A DNA stretch of 64,000 nucleotides from Callorhinchus milii (taxonomy: Eukaryota): contig NW_024704742.1 of the NCBI RefSeq assembly GCF_018977255.1, positions 79,362,001-79,426,000 on the forward strand, read 5' to 3'. Shown one piece after another: positions 23,827-37,225 of this stretch. Position 1 is the first letter of the stretch, and every line of letters starts with the position of its first letter. The translations under genes were made by a program, and so were the position numbers. The notes beneath the pieces were generated by a model, which was not told the DNA's origin, ran no database searches, and worked only from the letters and a program-made list of their open reading frames with translations.

Positions 23827-26034
23827 TGAAAACAAAGACTGATTTCAGACAAAAGCTATTGTGGTTCCACAAACAGAACTTCAAATGCACAACAACAACA
23901 ACAAAATTACATTTGTATAGCATCTTTCAGGTTGGAAGGACATCTCAAGGGCTTGGGACAAACCCAAGCAGATGTTCAAAGAAAATAGTTAGCGTCTGAA
24001 TGTCTTTTGACCCAGTCAACCAACGATCTATGATGACAAACTCTTCTCACTGAGGCCTCCAGTAAAATCCTGTGAAGCGCTTTCAGACATCTCATTGATG
24101 GGGTAAGATGCTACATCAGGCACAAGGAATATATATTATATAAATTCTGTGAAGGGGGAGGAGAGGATTTCATGCCCATGGTGGCTTAAGCACAAATTCC
24201 AGGTACCTGACATCACGTCAATGTTTAGATCAGTGTTGGACAACCTTTTTGTTGGCCACCACTGGTTTAGATAATCCCAACAATTATCATTTCATAAATC
24301 ATACGTAGCATTATGCAAGTAGCTGAGAAGGGGGAACTTGGGCCTTAAATGAAAATTCTGATCCTCACCAAGATTTCGAACAGAACAAACGTTTTCAGTC
24401 ACTGAAAAACTCTAGAGAACGGAAAGCTATTATTCTCTGGAATGTGCATGTACCTATATTGTACTTCACAATAAATTATAAAGAGCAGGCTTTCCAGTAT
24501 AGTTTCAATGCCCCGAGGCACTTTATACTCACAACAGTGTAATAACATTGTGATCTTAAAAATACAGAAAAGAAGATCAAACAATGACATTTTGAGGATC
24601 TGTAGTGAGCATTTTATAAATTCAAACAGTCCTGACTACTTACAATCTGTTTCCTGTTTCCTAATTTTGTGCATAATTCCAGTATATATAAATGTTCCTT
24701 GATATGTCTATGGAAGTTAAAACTAGTTTTCTTGAACACATTCCATTAATTAATTGGCTCAATAATTATGGCAGGAAATTACTGGGTTTAGGAATACTGT
24801 ACTGCAATTTTGAGCCAATTATGACTCAATGTCATCCACTAACTGGTAAAGTGCATCTTACTTAAGCGTAAATCTTTGCTCTTCAATAGGTGTAGCATTT
24901 GAATTAAAGGTAGATTATTGGCAACCTATCTTTTTCAGCACAATGAATAACAATTGAAAAATGTGGTCAAGCAGTTGAATCATGTAAGGGACCAATAGAG
25001 AGAGAGTGAGCTCAAGAAGGGAGAAAGACTTCATTTATTGAATTCTATGAAATACTCCCCAATGATGCCCTGCCATGATTATTGAGTGTGTGCTGCAGAA
25101 TTAATCAACTCATTACCTTTCCTTTCATTACATTCACTTATTTTTAATTGTAAAATGGGTTTCTTTAGGCCTTTGAGGAATTGAATATTTTTATCTTAAC
25201 ATTGGATTGATACCATGTCGCTACACAAACACATAATGGTTGTCACTTGTGTTGAATAATACTGCTTCACTCACTAAATAGCCTGTTCACATGCACTCTC
25301 ACAATTGTCATGTTTGTTGCAGTGTTTTCTGTCAAATTAAGTCCATTTCATTCTTTGTGCTGGATAATAATTAAAATGAATATTTACTCACGTGGATCTG
25401 CAGGGACATTTTCTCAAATGATTGTGCTCAGATAATATGATGTGGGAATCAACAGTTCATGGCAGTTAAGATGATGTGTAGTTTCTCTTCATTTTTTGAT
25501 CCTCTTCTGGAGATGGTGACTATGCTGAGATATGGATCTTTTCATATCATATATAGCTACTAGCTACAAGGCAAATGTTCCCCAACACACAGCACTGTTT
25601 ACTGTGTTCAAAATGACAGGTAAACTGTAATATTAAATCTGGTCGCTTAGCCGTAAAGCATGTAAAATGTTAGTGAAGACAATATGAAATATAAATGTGA
25701 ACAAAAATGAAAGGTAATACATAAACTGGGCAATAACAAAATGCACTTGCTAGTACAACACAAAAAGCCTTGACCACATTTCTTTTTAATGAAAAATAGT
25801 GGCAACTTCAGTAGTTTGAGACATTGTGACATACCAATGCTGCTAGAGAACAAGACAATACGAGGAGAAAGGTTATTGCTTCTGGTATTAGTGTAGATAT
25901 GTGTCATATTTCCTAGTATAAAGGTCCAGCGCCTCGGGTACAGTACTATTCAGGGATGAGGAGCATTCATCTATTCCAGCGGCACAATCTATGTGCAGTG
26001 TAACGTGAACGTATCCTATGAAATCATTTCCTTG

Positions 26035-26385
26035 ACTTATGACCTCCTTCAACCATATCTACCCGACCACTCAGTTCACTCAGTGAGCATCAGCTTGCTT
26101 CATGTCCCCTGCCCTATATGTCCCACAGTCATCGGGCAGGCTTTGGGCCTTTCTGTCCTCACTCTCTGGAATTCAATCACAGAGTCTCTCCAATTTGCTC
26201 CCTCCCTCAACTCATTCAAGGTTCAACTCAATACATAGCTCACCAACTGCGTTTCAGTCAACTTTCCCCTCTCTACTTCCTCGGTGCTCCGTCCCCCCAA
26301 CCCATATACACACATCTTGTGTGCCACAGCCAGCAGTGCCAAACGGTTTGAGATATCCTCCCGATGTAAAATACACTATATTAAT
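26035..26385 (+). mobile_element. Old L2 3' fragment
   Basis: DLLQPYLPDHSVHS...TLWNSITESL. Confidence 0.8.
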
Positions 26386-28655
26386 TACATCTAGTGTTAG
26401 TCCAGCGGGAAAGAAAATACAGCAAGGGGTCACCAGGTATTTGTATCTTCATGTATATGCAATTATCTTCTGAAATCATTGCTATGTTTAGCCTTGTAGC
26501 ATTCTTTGTTGTTTCTGTAAGAATGCTGCTATGTACTTCACTGGATTGGGGGAAGGCACATCATCTAAACACCTTCTTGCTCTCCTGCTGCTTGCTGTGA
26601 AGGTTGCTCATCTTGACTGGTACTGGTGAAGGAGGGCACCTGTTCTTGCTCGTACAGAAATGTTGAGCTGTTTAATGAAGAACGCTGTTCCCACCACCAT
26701 CTGTCTCCTGAAGGTTATCATATATGCAATGGTCAGCCAAAGTAAAGTGGTCTCCCAGGGGAAGAGGTGCCATTTCCAGCAGCAGTATTTTAATCAGCCA
26801 GCAGACACTGAGGTTCATTCAAGCTCGCACCACAAGTGCAACACAACATACAATATGTGGTCAGCACAGCAATAGCCTTTATCAAACCCCACTCCTCGCC
26901 ATGCTCCGCTGGGCTCCCTGCCTTTGAATAAATTGACTTCAAGGACCTCACCCTCATATATAAATATATTTGCATCGTAGAACCATCCTATCTCTCTGAT
27001 CTGCTCGTACTCCACTCTTCTGTTGCTCGCCCCTCTGCTCAGTTAACATGTTATAAAAATGCAAACTCTTGTTTTTATTGTTGCAGCAATATATCCATTT
27101 ACACCAAATGATATCAAATTTGAAGCCAAATCTGAAATCTCTCTTCAGATCCCAGTATTGGGTTGTTACTTCCAGTGCAATCGAACAAATCAGCAACAGA
27201 AGCTAGCGAGGTACTGATTCTGCCATGAATAGAATAGAGACTTTCTTAAAAAGTGCCTTATTCTGATATTCCTGAATTTTCCAGTGTGCATTTCCCCTCT
27301 CCTAATTTGCCTTTACAATGTCTTTTTCGTCAGCTGCACAATTGTAAAAATTCTGCAAGAATCAACAAGAAACAGCAACAAATTACATTTGTATAGGATT
27401 TCTTAGTGCCTTGGGATGTTCTTTCGATATCCCAAGGTCCCAGTGCCTTGGGACATCAAGAGGATGTTTGTTTCAGTGTTTTCTGTCAAACTAAGGCCAT
27501 TTCATTGTCACTGAAAAGAAAAGTGTGGTCGGCGGCACGCACTTGTGCCTTGAGGGGCACAAAAACTCAGTTCAACTAACTCAACTGATTCTGAGATCTT
27601 TGTGATCTGTATGATTCAGCACTGTATCTTTGCACTCCATGTCTCCACTGAGACAGTGAATTGACAGTTCTTTTTGAATCAAGTCATATTTTGGTCTATT
27701 GCTGAAATGAGACTCAACAGTGTCATATTTATTCATTTTGAAAATTTCCTAATCCAATACAAAAAAAATCAACAAAGTAAAATCTGCATATAAAGTAACA
27801 ACCAGTAAGATTCAATAAAGACAATTTCTGATTCGCTCATATAAACAGGGTCAATGAGGACACGAGCAGCAGTGAATTTAATGTGTGTAAATAGGCCCAC
27901 AACGGCTAAATTGGTTGAGAATTTAATGTCATGCTTTCGCTTTGTTACAAGCAATGAATGAAATTTCTACCAATCAGCTTGCAAATATCTGAATTGCAAA
28001 CTACAGTAATCTCTATTAAAATCATTGTCATTGCTTTTGCAATTCCCCTTTGCCTAGTGGCTAAATCCCCGCTGTATAGGAACACAATTTCAGTTCATTC
28101 AGATACTGAGGCGACATTCCAACTTCGCAGCATTTATTTCCCATCGGAAATGTATAAAATGCCGTCACCCATGATGTTTGATAACAAGAATGCAACATAT
28201 AGGATCAGACTTGCGGCATGTAGTATCATCATTGGCGCAAACATTGGTGATTATTTTCACCCTTACATTTTACGTAATGGGGTCGGGGTGGGGGGGCATA
28301 ATGGAGCAGCATAGAACCACGTCTTACAGTTCTGCATTGAAGGATGAATTGCATTTACAATGCCCTGTTGCAATTGGTCAGAGCTCCAGTTTGTCTGGTT
28401 ACCATAATAATAGTATTAGCGGTCGCATGTGATATAGCATTTTTCACATCAGGAGGACATGTTAAAGTTCTTCACAGGATATAACTTATAGTGTAGTGGC
28501 TGTGCATTTTGTAGGTGAATGGCAAGAATGACAATTGAGAACAATGACATGGCATTATCGCCTTCTACATTCACTGCAGTTGATGCTACCTACCTATGTT
28601 CAACTTCTTTTGACTCAATTTGAAGCAGGGGACCCCAAGTATTAACATCATCATC

Positions 28656-28930
28656 AACAACAACAACAAATTACACTTGTACAGCGACCTTCACAGAGGA
28701 AAGGTGTCCCAGGGCACTGGACAATCAGGGACTTTGGACCCGAGCTGGGTGTTGGGGTCAGAAGGGGAGAAGGGCAGGGTGGGGTAGGGGTGGGAGGATG
28801 GCCAAAGACACAATCAAAGCGGAAACTCTTCAGACGGGACTTGAAGGAGGCAAGAGAGGGTTAAGGTGGAGGGATTGGGGGATAGTGTTCCAGAGTGTGG
28901 GGGCAGAGATGTTGAATGCCCAACTGCCAG
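28656..28930 (-). mobile_element. L2 3' fragment
   Basis: (CAA)n tail, stem-loop remnant, gttccagagtgtgggggcagag. Confidence 0.85.
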
Positions 28931-29807
28931 TTAACATTGTTTTCTTCCATGTGGCCTTTAATGTGCCAGGTGTCATTTGTTCTCACTACACAAATCAATC
29001 AAAATTCATGGTCCTTATGACAATATCATCATTCCTGCTGAAAAGTGTGTGTATAGTCAGGTACTGCTGTATTCTTTCCCCCGCCCACCTGCCTTCCACT
29101 CTCCTCCTACGACATGGTTAAATAGCCTACGCACTTGTTAGGACCACAGAGAAAAATGGCCACTTGGTGATATACAAGGGGTTGCCTGGTGCTTCTGTAA
29201 TTGCATTCAGCAAAGGTCAGTGTCTTCAGGGAGGAAGAGGCTAAATCTACCACAATCCACAAGCAGATGAGGAAGGGAGCAATCAAGCCTCAGGCATACT
29301 ATGCTATAAATGCTTCAGCAATCTAATGGTAGGAATCATGTACTGCAATACACATTGCATCAATTATTTTCTAATCATTTCACAGAATATTTTATCAATT
29401 TCTGTAGGTTTGAACTATTCTATGAAGCGCATTTTGAATCTGGTAATGGTGGATTTATCAAGGCATAATCTTGAAATAACACGGCTTTTGGTATGTCTAT
29501 TTTTGAAGCTTGAATAAGGCGTCTTGATCAGCTATCTTTCACTCTGTTTTCTTGACTTGGCAAGCAGTAAAATATGTAGCCGTAATGAAAACAATCAAAC
29601 TCCTGTCCAAGTCAAACAGATGCCATTCGTTTGGGTCTACAGTAAAATAATAAAATTTTAAATGTTTGTGGGAATAGTGACACCACCTGAATGTCCTTGA
29701 AGTGAAATGTCATGAACAATTTCTAAAGACTGTGAAAGGGCAAAACAAATCTGAAACAGCATAGATTCTATTTCAAAAGACTAGAGTTTTGGTCTTGAAC
29801 TAACATG

Positions 29808-30054
29808 ATTTTTTTCACACAGAGAGTTGTTCGGATCTGGAATGCACTGCCTGAAAGGGTGGTGGAAGCTGTTTCGGTAACAACTTTTAAGAGAGAAGTA
29901 GATAATTATTTGGGGAGGACAAGTTTGCAGGGTTATGGGAAGAGCGCGGAGGAGTGGGATTAAATTAAATAGCTCTTTTCAAAGAGCCGGATAGATACGT
30001 TGGGCCAAATGGCCTCCTTCTGTGCTGCATAATTCTCTGATTCTCTGATTCTAT
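29808..30054 (+). mobile_element. CR1 LINE 3' end
   Basis: FFTQRVVRIWNALP motif; 8-bp terminal repeat attctctg attctctg attctatg (ATTCTRTG-type CR1 tail). Confidence 0.92.
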
Positions 30055-31074
30055 GTGTGTAAGTGAATGTATGTATGTTTATAATTGTCTGCATGTCAGT
30101 TTTTGTATGTTGGTATGTGAGAAACAATCTCAACTATCCTGTTGCAGTCATTAATTACCCTCCGGGTAAAGAGAAAGTTAATATCTTATCTTCTTCTTTT
30201 GAAGACTTTCCTCTTCAAACCGTGCCTATGGTTACCTTCCCCCTTCTCCCCAGTTTGGCATCATGTTCCACCACTGTTAAATACTTGGAGATGTTACCCT
30301 GTGTGAATGGCTTTATATAAATGCAAGTTGTCCTTGTTATTGTTGTGTGTCTGCATAAAGCTTGCCTGTAGCTGAATAACATCTAAGTGTCCTGGAAGCT
30401 ACTGTTTCCTGAGTTATGAAGTGAGCTACATGACTGATCTCGGTGATACATCAATCAGATCCACCATCATGAGGTGAAAAAGTTATATTGGAACTCGACT
30501 TAAAGCACTTTCAGTTAAGTGACACCAGGCGTCATTTCGCATTAACCTTGTGAGAATTACAGTAGCTATTGCTTCCCATTTATTTATTTTTGAAAATTCT
30601 TTTTATTCTGTTTTAGAAACTGTCCGAAATAAATATAGGGACAAAATTACAGCATAGCAGGAGGACATTTGGCCTGTCAAGCCGATGCTGGTGCAAACTT
30701 CTCGAGTGAAGCTAAGTTCTCTATTCCCAATTCCCTACTGTTGCCATATCCTCTTTATCTCTGGGATGTCTGTATTAATTATGATAGATTTTGTCTTTGG
30801 ATTTCCTGCTCTGGTTCCTTCCTTCTTTTCGGGTTCCCTCATGCTTCCTGCAACTTTCCCTTCAGCTGGGAACATATGGATCTGGTTCAGCCACAGGTCC
30901 TATCATAGTACAGGACTCATATATATTTTTAAAATCAAGATTGCTCCAGCACATTAGCATTTCATACAAATTGCTGCTTTGCTCAATTGCATTGGGGCCC
31001 GGGAAGATATCTCATAGAGCTTTCACATTTTGGAAATTGTACCTGAGTGCTGGTGTTTCCCTTGCAGTTAAGGC

Positions 31075-31270
31075 TAACATTTCAGTGCAGTGTTGGGGGA
31101 GCGATGCATTGTCAGAGGTGCCAGCCTTCACATGAAATGTTAAACCGAGGTGCTGACTGTCTCTTCAGGTGGAACCTGTGACACTACATGAAGAGAAAAG
31201 GCAGTATCTCCTGGTCAACAATTTACCCAAATAAACTGGTCATTCACCTCCTGGCTGGTGTTGGGACATT
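31075..31270 (+). mobile_element. Old Deu SINE internal fragment
   Basis: gttaaaccgagg...ctcttcaggtgga...ctggtcattcac. Confidence 0.7.
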
Positions 31271-31309
31271 ACTTATCAACAAAGGTTGATAAAAAGAATT
31301 CTGTAGATG

Positions 31310-31724
31310 CAAGGTTTCAATTATGAGGAGAGATTGGAGAAGCTGGGTCTGTTTTCATTGTAACAGAGAAAGTTGAGGGGGACCTGATAGATATGTATAA
31401 AATTGTGAATGGTTTTGACAGGGTAAGTAGGGAGAAATTATTTCCATTGATAGGGGAGTCGGTGACTAGGGGGACATAGGTATAAAATAGCCACAGGAAC
31501 AGCCAAAGGAGAACTTAGGAGGATTTTTTTCAGGCAGAGAGTTGTTGGGGTGAGGAATGCGCTGCAATATAGGGTAGTGGCACTGTTAAGAGGGAAGTGG
31601 ACAGGCACATGAAAAAGAAAGGATTGAAGGGGGTGGGGATAAGGCAGAGTGATGGCATTGAATTGATCTCCTTGCACTGTAAGGCACTGCAGACTCGATG
31701 GGTTGAATGGCCTTCTTCTGTGTG
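31310..31724 (+). mobile_element. CR1 LINE 3' fragment
   Basis: NYEERLEKLGLFSL...RGDLIDMYKI...TRGH; 3'UTR gatgggttgaatggccttcttctg. Confidence 0.92.
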
Positions 31725-31749
31725 TCCTCTCCTGTGCCAGGCTCTGCGA

Positions 31750-32072
31750 CCTGCACCTCTGTGACCTAATAAAACCACACCAACCTGCTTCATATCCCCT
31801 GCCCACCCACCATCAATGGGGTCAAGCCTTCAGCTTTTCCGACCCCCTCTCTAGAGCTCCATCCCAATTCCCTTCACCTCACTCCTTCCCTCATCTTCAA
31901 GGTCCATCTTAAGCCTTCCTTTTTGACCATGTCATCAGTCATCTTTTCCCCACATCCTCGGTCCCCACACCTCCCGAATCCAACCCCCAGCTCAGGTGCA
32001 AACCCTCGAAAGCCCAATGCCTTGGATCATCTTTTTATGACATGAAAAGCACTATACAAATGTAATTTGTGG
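31750..32072 (+). mobile_element. Old L2 3' fragment
   Basis: C-rich ORF2 end and tail catgaaaagcactatacaaatgtaatttg. Confidence 0.8.
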
Positions 32073-32615
32073 TAATAGATCTCTATGTTTCTAAATTAGT
32101 TATCACATTCACATTGGTTATCTACAAATTCAGTCACTGCACACAACTTTAACAGTAATTACTACGAAACACTTTGAACAGTTGAATATTATAAGCATTA
32201 TATCAAATGCAAGGGTTGTTATATCTGCCAGCTCATTAAATAAATGCATTTGTTTTCAGACTTGTTTCTTGCTCCAATTTATAGACGCAATAATTTTATC
32301 TTTACAACACAGATAAAGGTTTGACTGGAATGCCACAGAAAAGTTACTGCCAAGAAAATTGTTCAATGTGAAATAGGTTTATTCTCTCCTTTTGCCCTTA
32401 CCTATAGTCTCAGTGAAATAGTTAAGGTTTTCATCCTGTGGGAAAGCGCTAAATAAATGCAAATTGCTGCTTCTGTTGTCTGCAGCTGTACCTCACAATA
32501 AAACAAAAATGAAACATCTCCCTTTGCTTCAAAAAGAATCCTAATCCGTGCAACAATCACTCCCTATTTCATCTTCCGAAAGTGGGATTTCCTGTTGCAG
32601 AAGGATTGTAAAGAG

Positions 32616-32960
32616 CAACAACAACAACAAATCACATTTATACAGCACCTTTCACATCGGAAGGACATCCCACGATGCTGGATAGTCCAGGGTTTGCTCC
32701 CTATCTAGGGCTTGCAATCAAAATGGGTGGAGGGTAGGGAGGTGGGGTTCAGAGGGTACCCAACGGCATGGTCAAAAAGCAAAGTCTTCAGATGGGCCTC
32801 AAAGGAAGCAAGGGAGGTGATGAGATGGAAGCATTCTGGGATGGAGTTCCAAAGGGTGGATGCAGATAGGCGGAAGGCCCGACCACCAATGGTGAAGCGG
32901 GCAGGAGGGGTACATGGGGCAGGCCAATGACTGCTGAGCGGAGGGAGCAGAGAGGTTGGT
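32616..32960 (-). mobile_element. L2 3' fragment
   Basis: TIGGRAFRLSASTLWNSIP; (CAA)n tail. Confidence 0.9.
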
Positions 32961-34030
32961 AAAATTTTAATAGGTTGCACTTTCACAATGTGATAAGGTG
33001 TTATATCAAAACCAAGGATTATTAATATTGTGATTGTTATATCCACTGGATAATCCTCATCCACTATCTTCATTGTCTGGATTCATACTCCAGTGCTATG
33101 CTGGGGGAGCACAGCATTATCAACACATAGCCTGTTTGCTCCAGACTCCTCCATGTGAGGCATCACCCTCTGCTATCTGCATAAGACACACATCTTAAGC
33201 ATAGCCTTGTCATCTGCATAGCCCTGTAGCCTTTCTCCCAGAAGGAATGAAAATTAGAGTTCTTGCTACTGTTTGTGCTCCTCTTAATAGCTAGTTTCAC
33301 AGCAACTCTCATTGAGTCCAAGCAATAGATCACCTGCCAACCTCCCTGGTTAGGGGCTGATGCATTGCATGGTAGGGGGTTGGCAGGAAACCTGAGGAAA
33401 AGATCTAAAAATAAAGAAGAATTGAGGTCGGGAATGAAAAGAAAATCTAAAATGTAATTGGAATTTTCAAACTGTTCTTCTTGAAGGAAAAGTGTGCACC
33501 GTATGAAGGAAGGGCAATTTAAGCCCACTTCACAATCGAGAGAAATTTAGTTCCTTATATCAGCGTTTTTTGGCTTGCTGTGGATGTAACAAATTGGTTT
33601 TGTGTTCAGGGGAAAAGGCACATGAAGGACTTTCAAAAATAACAATTTGTTACAACTGGTCTCCCAGCTACTCAAAGCACTAAGGCCCAGCTTGAGCTGT
33701 AGGCAAGTGTCAATGAGAGGGCGACACCTACAAGGGTTCTGACTGCTGTTTTCTTCATCAGTGCACAATTTGGAAAGTACTGTAAGTGGCAAAGTATTCA
33801 CAAATTATCTGAGCCAGTTAAGTTGGCTAGCACTGTTTGGCTAGTTGGATAGTTTACTGAGTAAGTCAATCTGCACCTTTGTTGACTCATGTAGTCTATG
33901 GAGGAGTGAGGTATGAGGGCGGAGAAAGTTCTTATTAATTCCATACAATCTCTACATGTAGGCCTGATGTTTAGGTGTTCCATTATATGTTCCTTATCTT
34001 AATTAATGCAAATAACACATTTATATAGGG

Positions 34031-34453
34031 TATCAGCTTGGCTCTGTTGATAGCACTCTTGCCGCTGAGTCAGAATGTTGTGGGTTCAATCCCCACATCA
34101 TGACTTGGAGCTCATATAGTCTGATGCTCCAATACATCTCTGTGGTATGCTGTATTTTGATGCTACTGTCCTTTGGATGAGATTTAAAACCAAAGCCAGT
34201 TCAGGTGAACATTAAAAATCCTATGATACTATTCAAACAGAAAAGAGGTTTCTCTCGGTGTCCTGGCCAACAATCCACCAAATGAAATTGGTCATTCATT
34301 CCATGGCTGTTTGAGGGACATTGCTGTGTGCAAACTGATTGCTGTGTTTGCCAACAAAATATACAGTAATTGCACTTTACAGTATATCCTGTGAAGTGCT
34401 TTCAGATGTCCTCTTGATTTGAACAGTGTAATAACAAATGTAAGGATTATTAT
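34031..34453 (+). mobile_element. Old near-complete Deu SINE
   Basis: Head ttggctctgttgatagcactcttgccgctgagtcagaatgttgtgggttcaatccc; Deu body; (ATT)n tail. Confidence 0.88.
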
Positions 34454-34589
34454 TCCATCAGATTCAAAGATTATTGCAATGAATCTCCACTTCTTTAGAG
34501 CTCTAAATACTTGTGCCACTCCTAAAAAGGCAGGGCTTTACAAGATGGTTATTATTTCTGGATTCTTTATTTTACAGCATTATGAAGAA

Positions 34590-34686
34590 GACAGATAGAT
34601 ACAGTATATATGGACGACAGCTAGATACAGTATATATGGACGACAGCTAGATACAGTATATATGGACGACAGCTAGATACAGTATA
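34590..34686. repeat. Minisatellite, 3.7 x 26 bp
   Basis: Unit GACAGCTAGATACAGTATATATGGAC, one mismatch in the first copy. Confidence 0.97.
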
Positions 34687-35430
34687 GAGGTCTATGACAA
34701 AGGAGCACTAGGTTTTGAACATTGAAGACCATAAATTAAATGACAGTAAGGTACAGTTGTGAGATTTGTTTCAGTAACAATTTATACCATTTGTGGAGAC
34801 AATGGAGTTCAAGGTACTTCAGGGCTGAAACAAAATGCTCCACATTTGACTTGAATAAATGGGCCTCCAATTGTTACCAAGTAACAGCTTTAAAACAACT
34901 GGAGGGGAAAAGCCGCAAAAGAATTGAGATTTAGACAGTAGGATTTATGCTGAGATCTGCTGAAAAGTGGATTTCCCCATGTGTGTGTAGCTGGGAAAGC
35001 CCTTATAACAGGAGCAAGCCAAATGACTTACCACAAATTACAGAACTTGCAGCATTAGGCCTTAAGCTAATAGCCGAATATTTCAACTGTGAGGGCAAAA
35101 TAATCCTCAGTGCTTGCAATGTTCATTTTCCTTCTGTTCTGGCACTATGAGAGAGACAGAATTAAATCTGTGACATTTTATAACAGATTTGATGTGCTAA
35201 TCATTTAATCTGTTGATAAGACTCAGGGATTTCCACTGGCTCCTAAAGAAAGGCTGAGGAGCTGAACACTTCCTTGATCTCCACATGTTGGTCTGCTCCC
35301 ATTTCGAATAAAGAAATCACAGTCACCTTGTTGGCCACCTCAACCCAGGCTCCGACTTCAGTCTTGTTGCAGGGTTCAGCATTTGAGTACTACTTTGCAG
35401 ACCGAATCAAGTCAGCATTCTGGTTTTTGA

Positions 35431-36275
35431 TAACAACAACAACTTGCACTTATATAGCGCCTTCCACGCCAGGTGGCATCTCAGAGCGCTTAACAATGGT
35501 GAAGCTCGAGGCCGAGCCAGGGGGAAGGGAAGGTCTTCAGGCACGATCTGCAGATGAGGAAGGAGGGGGCGAGTCAAAGGGGTTGAAGGAGGGAGTTCCA
35601 AAGTTTTGGAGTGTAGTGGCTGAAGGCACGGCCGCCGATGGTGGAACGAAGGATTCGAGGGACATGGAGGAGGCTGTACCCAGTTGAGCAGAGGCAGTGG
35701 GCACTGCTGTGGGGAGAGAGGAGGTTAGAGAGATAGGGGGGTGTTAAGGAATGGAGAAATTTAAACACTAGAGTGAGGATCTTGAAGTCGATCCACTCTG
35801 TTACAGGAAACCAATGGTGTTTGGCAAGGACTGGGGTATTTGGGTTGTGGAGTTTGATGCCGGAAAGAATGCGGGCAGCGGAGTTTTGAATGAGCTGGAT
35901 TTTGTGAATAGTGGAGGGGGGAGACTGGCAAGGAGAGGGTTAGAGTAGTCCAGCCGAGAGGTGACAAAGGCATGGAAAAGGGTTTTGGGAGCTTTTGGGG
36001 TGAGGTATTGTCGGAGACGGGCAATGTGGTGGAGGGTGAAAGAAAGCGTTGCTGGTCAGGGATCAGATGTGGGGGAGGAACCTGACGACTAAGTTGCGCA
36101 TGGGTTCTGAGAGTTTTAAGGATAAGTCTAGTAGGTTGAGGAGGTCGGAACCGTTGGACAGAAGACACTGGCAGGAGCCAAAGAGTATGGCTTCTGTCTT
36201 GTTGACGTTTGACTGCAGGAAATTTGAGCTCATCCAGCTCCTGATGTCCGACAGACAAGCTGAGAGAACATCAGG
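35431..36275 (-). mobile_element. 5'-truncated L2
   Basis: ACLSDIRSWMSSNFLQSNVNKTEAILFG; TIGGRAFSHYTPKLWNSL; (AAC)n tail. Confidence 0.93.
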
Positions 36276-37225
36276 AATCTGTTCTGAGGACAAAATCCGT
36301 GACATTTTATAACAAATTTGATGTGCTAATCATTTAATCTGTTAATAAGAATTCATGGATTTTCATAGATGCACTCACACAAGGAGGTGGGGAGGAAGGA
36401 GAAGAAAAGAGGAATATCATTCTCAACAACAATTTACATTTATATAGCACCCTTCAAGTGGGGTCGTGTCTCCGAACTATCTATTGGATTGCGAGCACTT
36501 AACTTTCCCTTATTAAACTCATCAGTTGAACAACATAGAGTTATTTTGCTCCATGTGTACCAGGTGGTGAATATTGAGCATTCATTGTTTCGATTTGTTC
36601 AGTAAATTTTGCAAGTTTATTATAATCATCCAATAAATAATCCATGCATTTGACATTGAGCCTTTCATGCTCGGGAGATGTCTCAAAGCATTCCACACGA
36701 TTTATAGTAAAGTGAAGTGACTATATTTTATATGTGAACACAACAGCCCTTTGCATAGACCAAAGTCCCACAAACAGCCAATCCACTTTGGAATACTTAG
36801 TGTAATATCATTTTTAAATAATGCAAGATCATCAGTTAAAATTCCATTATACTGCAGTGATTTCTACTCTTCCCTTAGCCATGATAAAAAGGGTTATTTC
36901 AGTTTGATCATCCTTGGATTTTTAGAGCATTGAGCTTTTGAGATTTTAACCAAGATAGACAGGTCTCCAGAAACCTGCTGTCTTATATGCAGGGAGAAGA
37001 GTTTTTTCAGTACAAAATTCTATCTTTGTGGATGTGTGCTTATCATCATGGCTGGCGGTAACTATAATTTCATGTATGTCTAGTTCCTACTTCCTGTGGG
37101 CTTAAATAAATGGTTATACTGGAACCTGCCTGGACAGAGACCCAAGCTGCAATCTATTGCATTGAGCTAATAATCTAATAATAATCTAATCTAATAATAA
37201 TCTGATCTAATAATAATCCCTCCAA

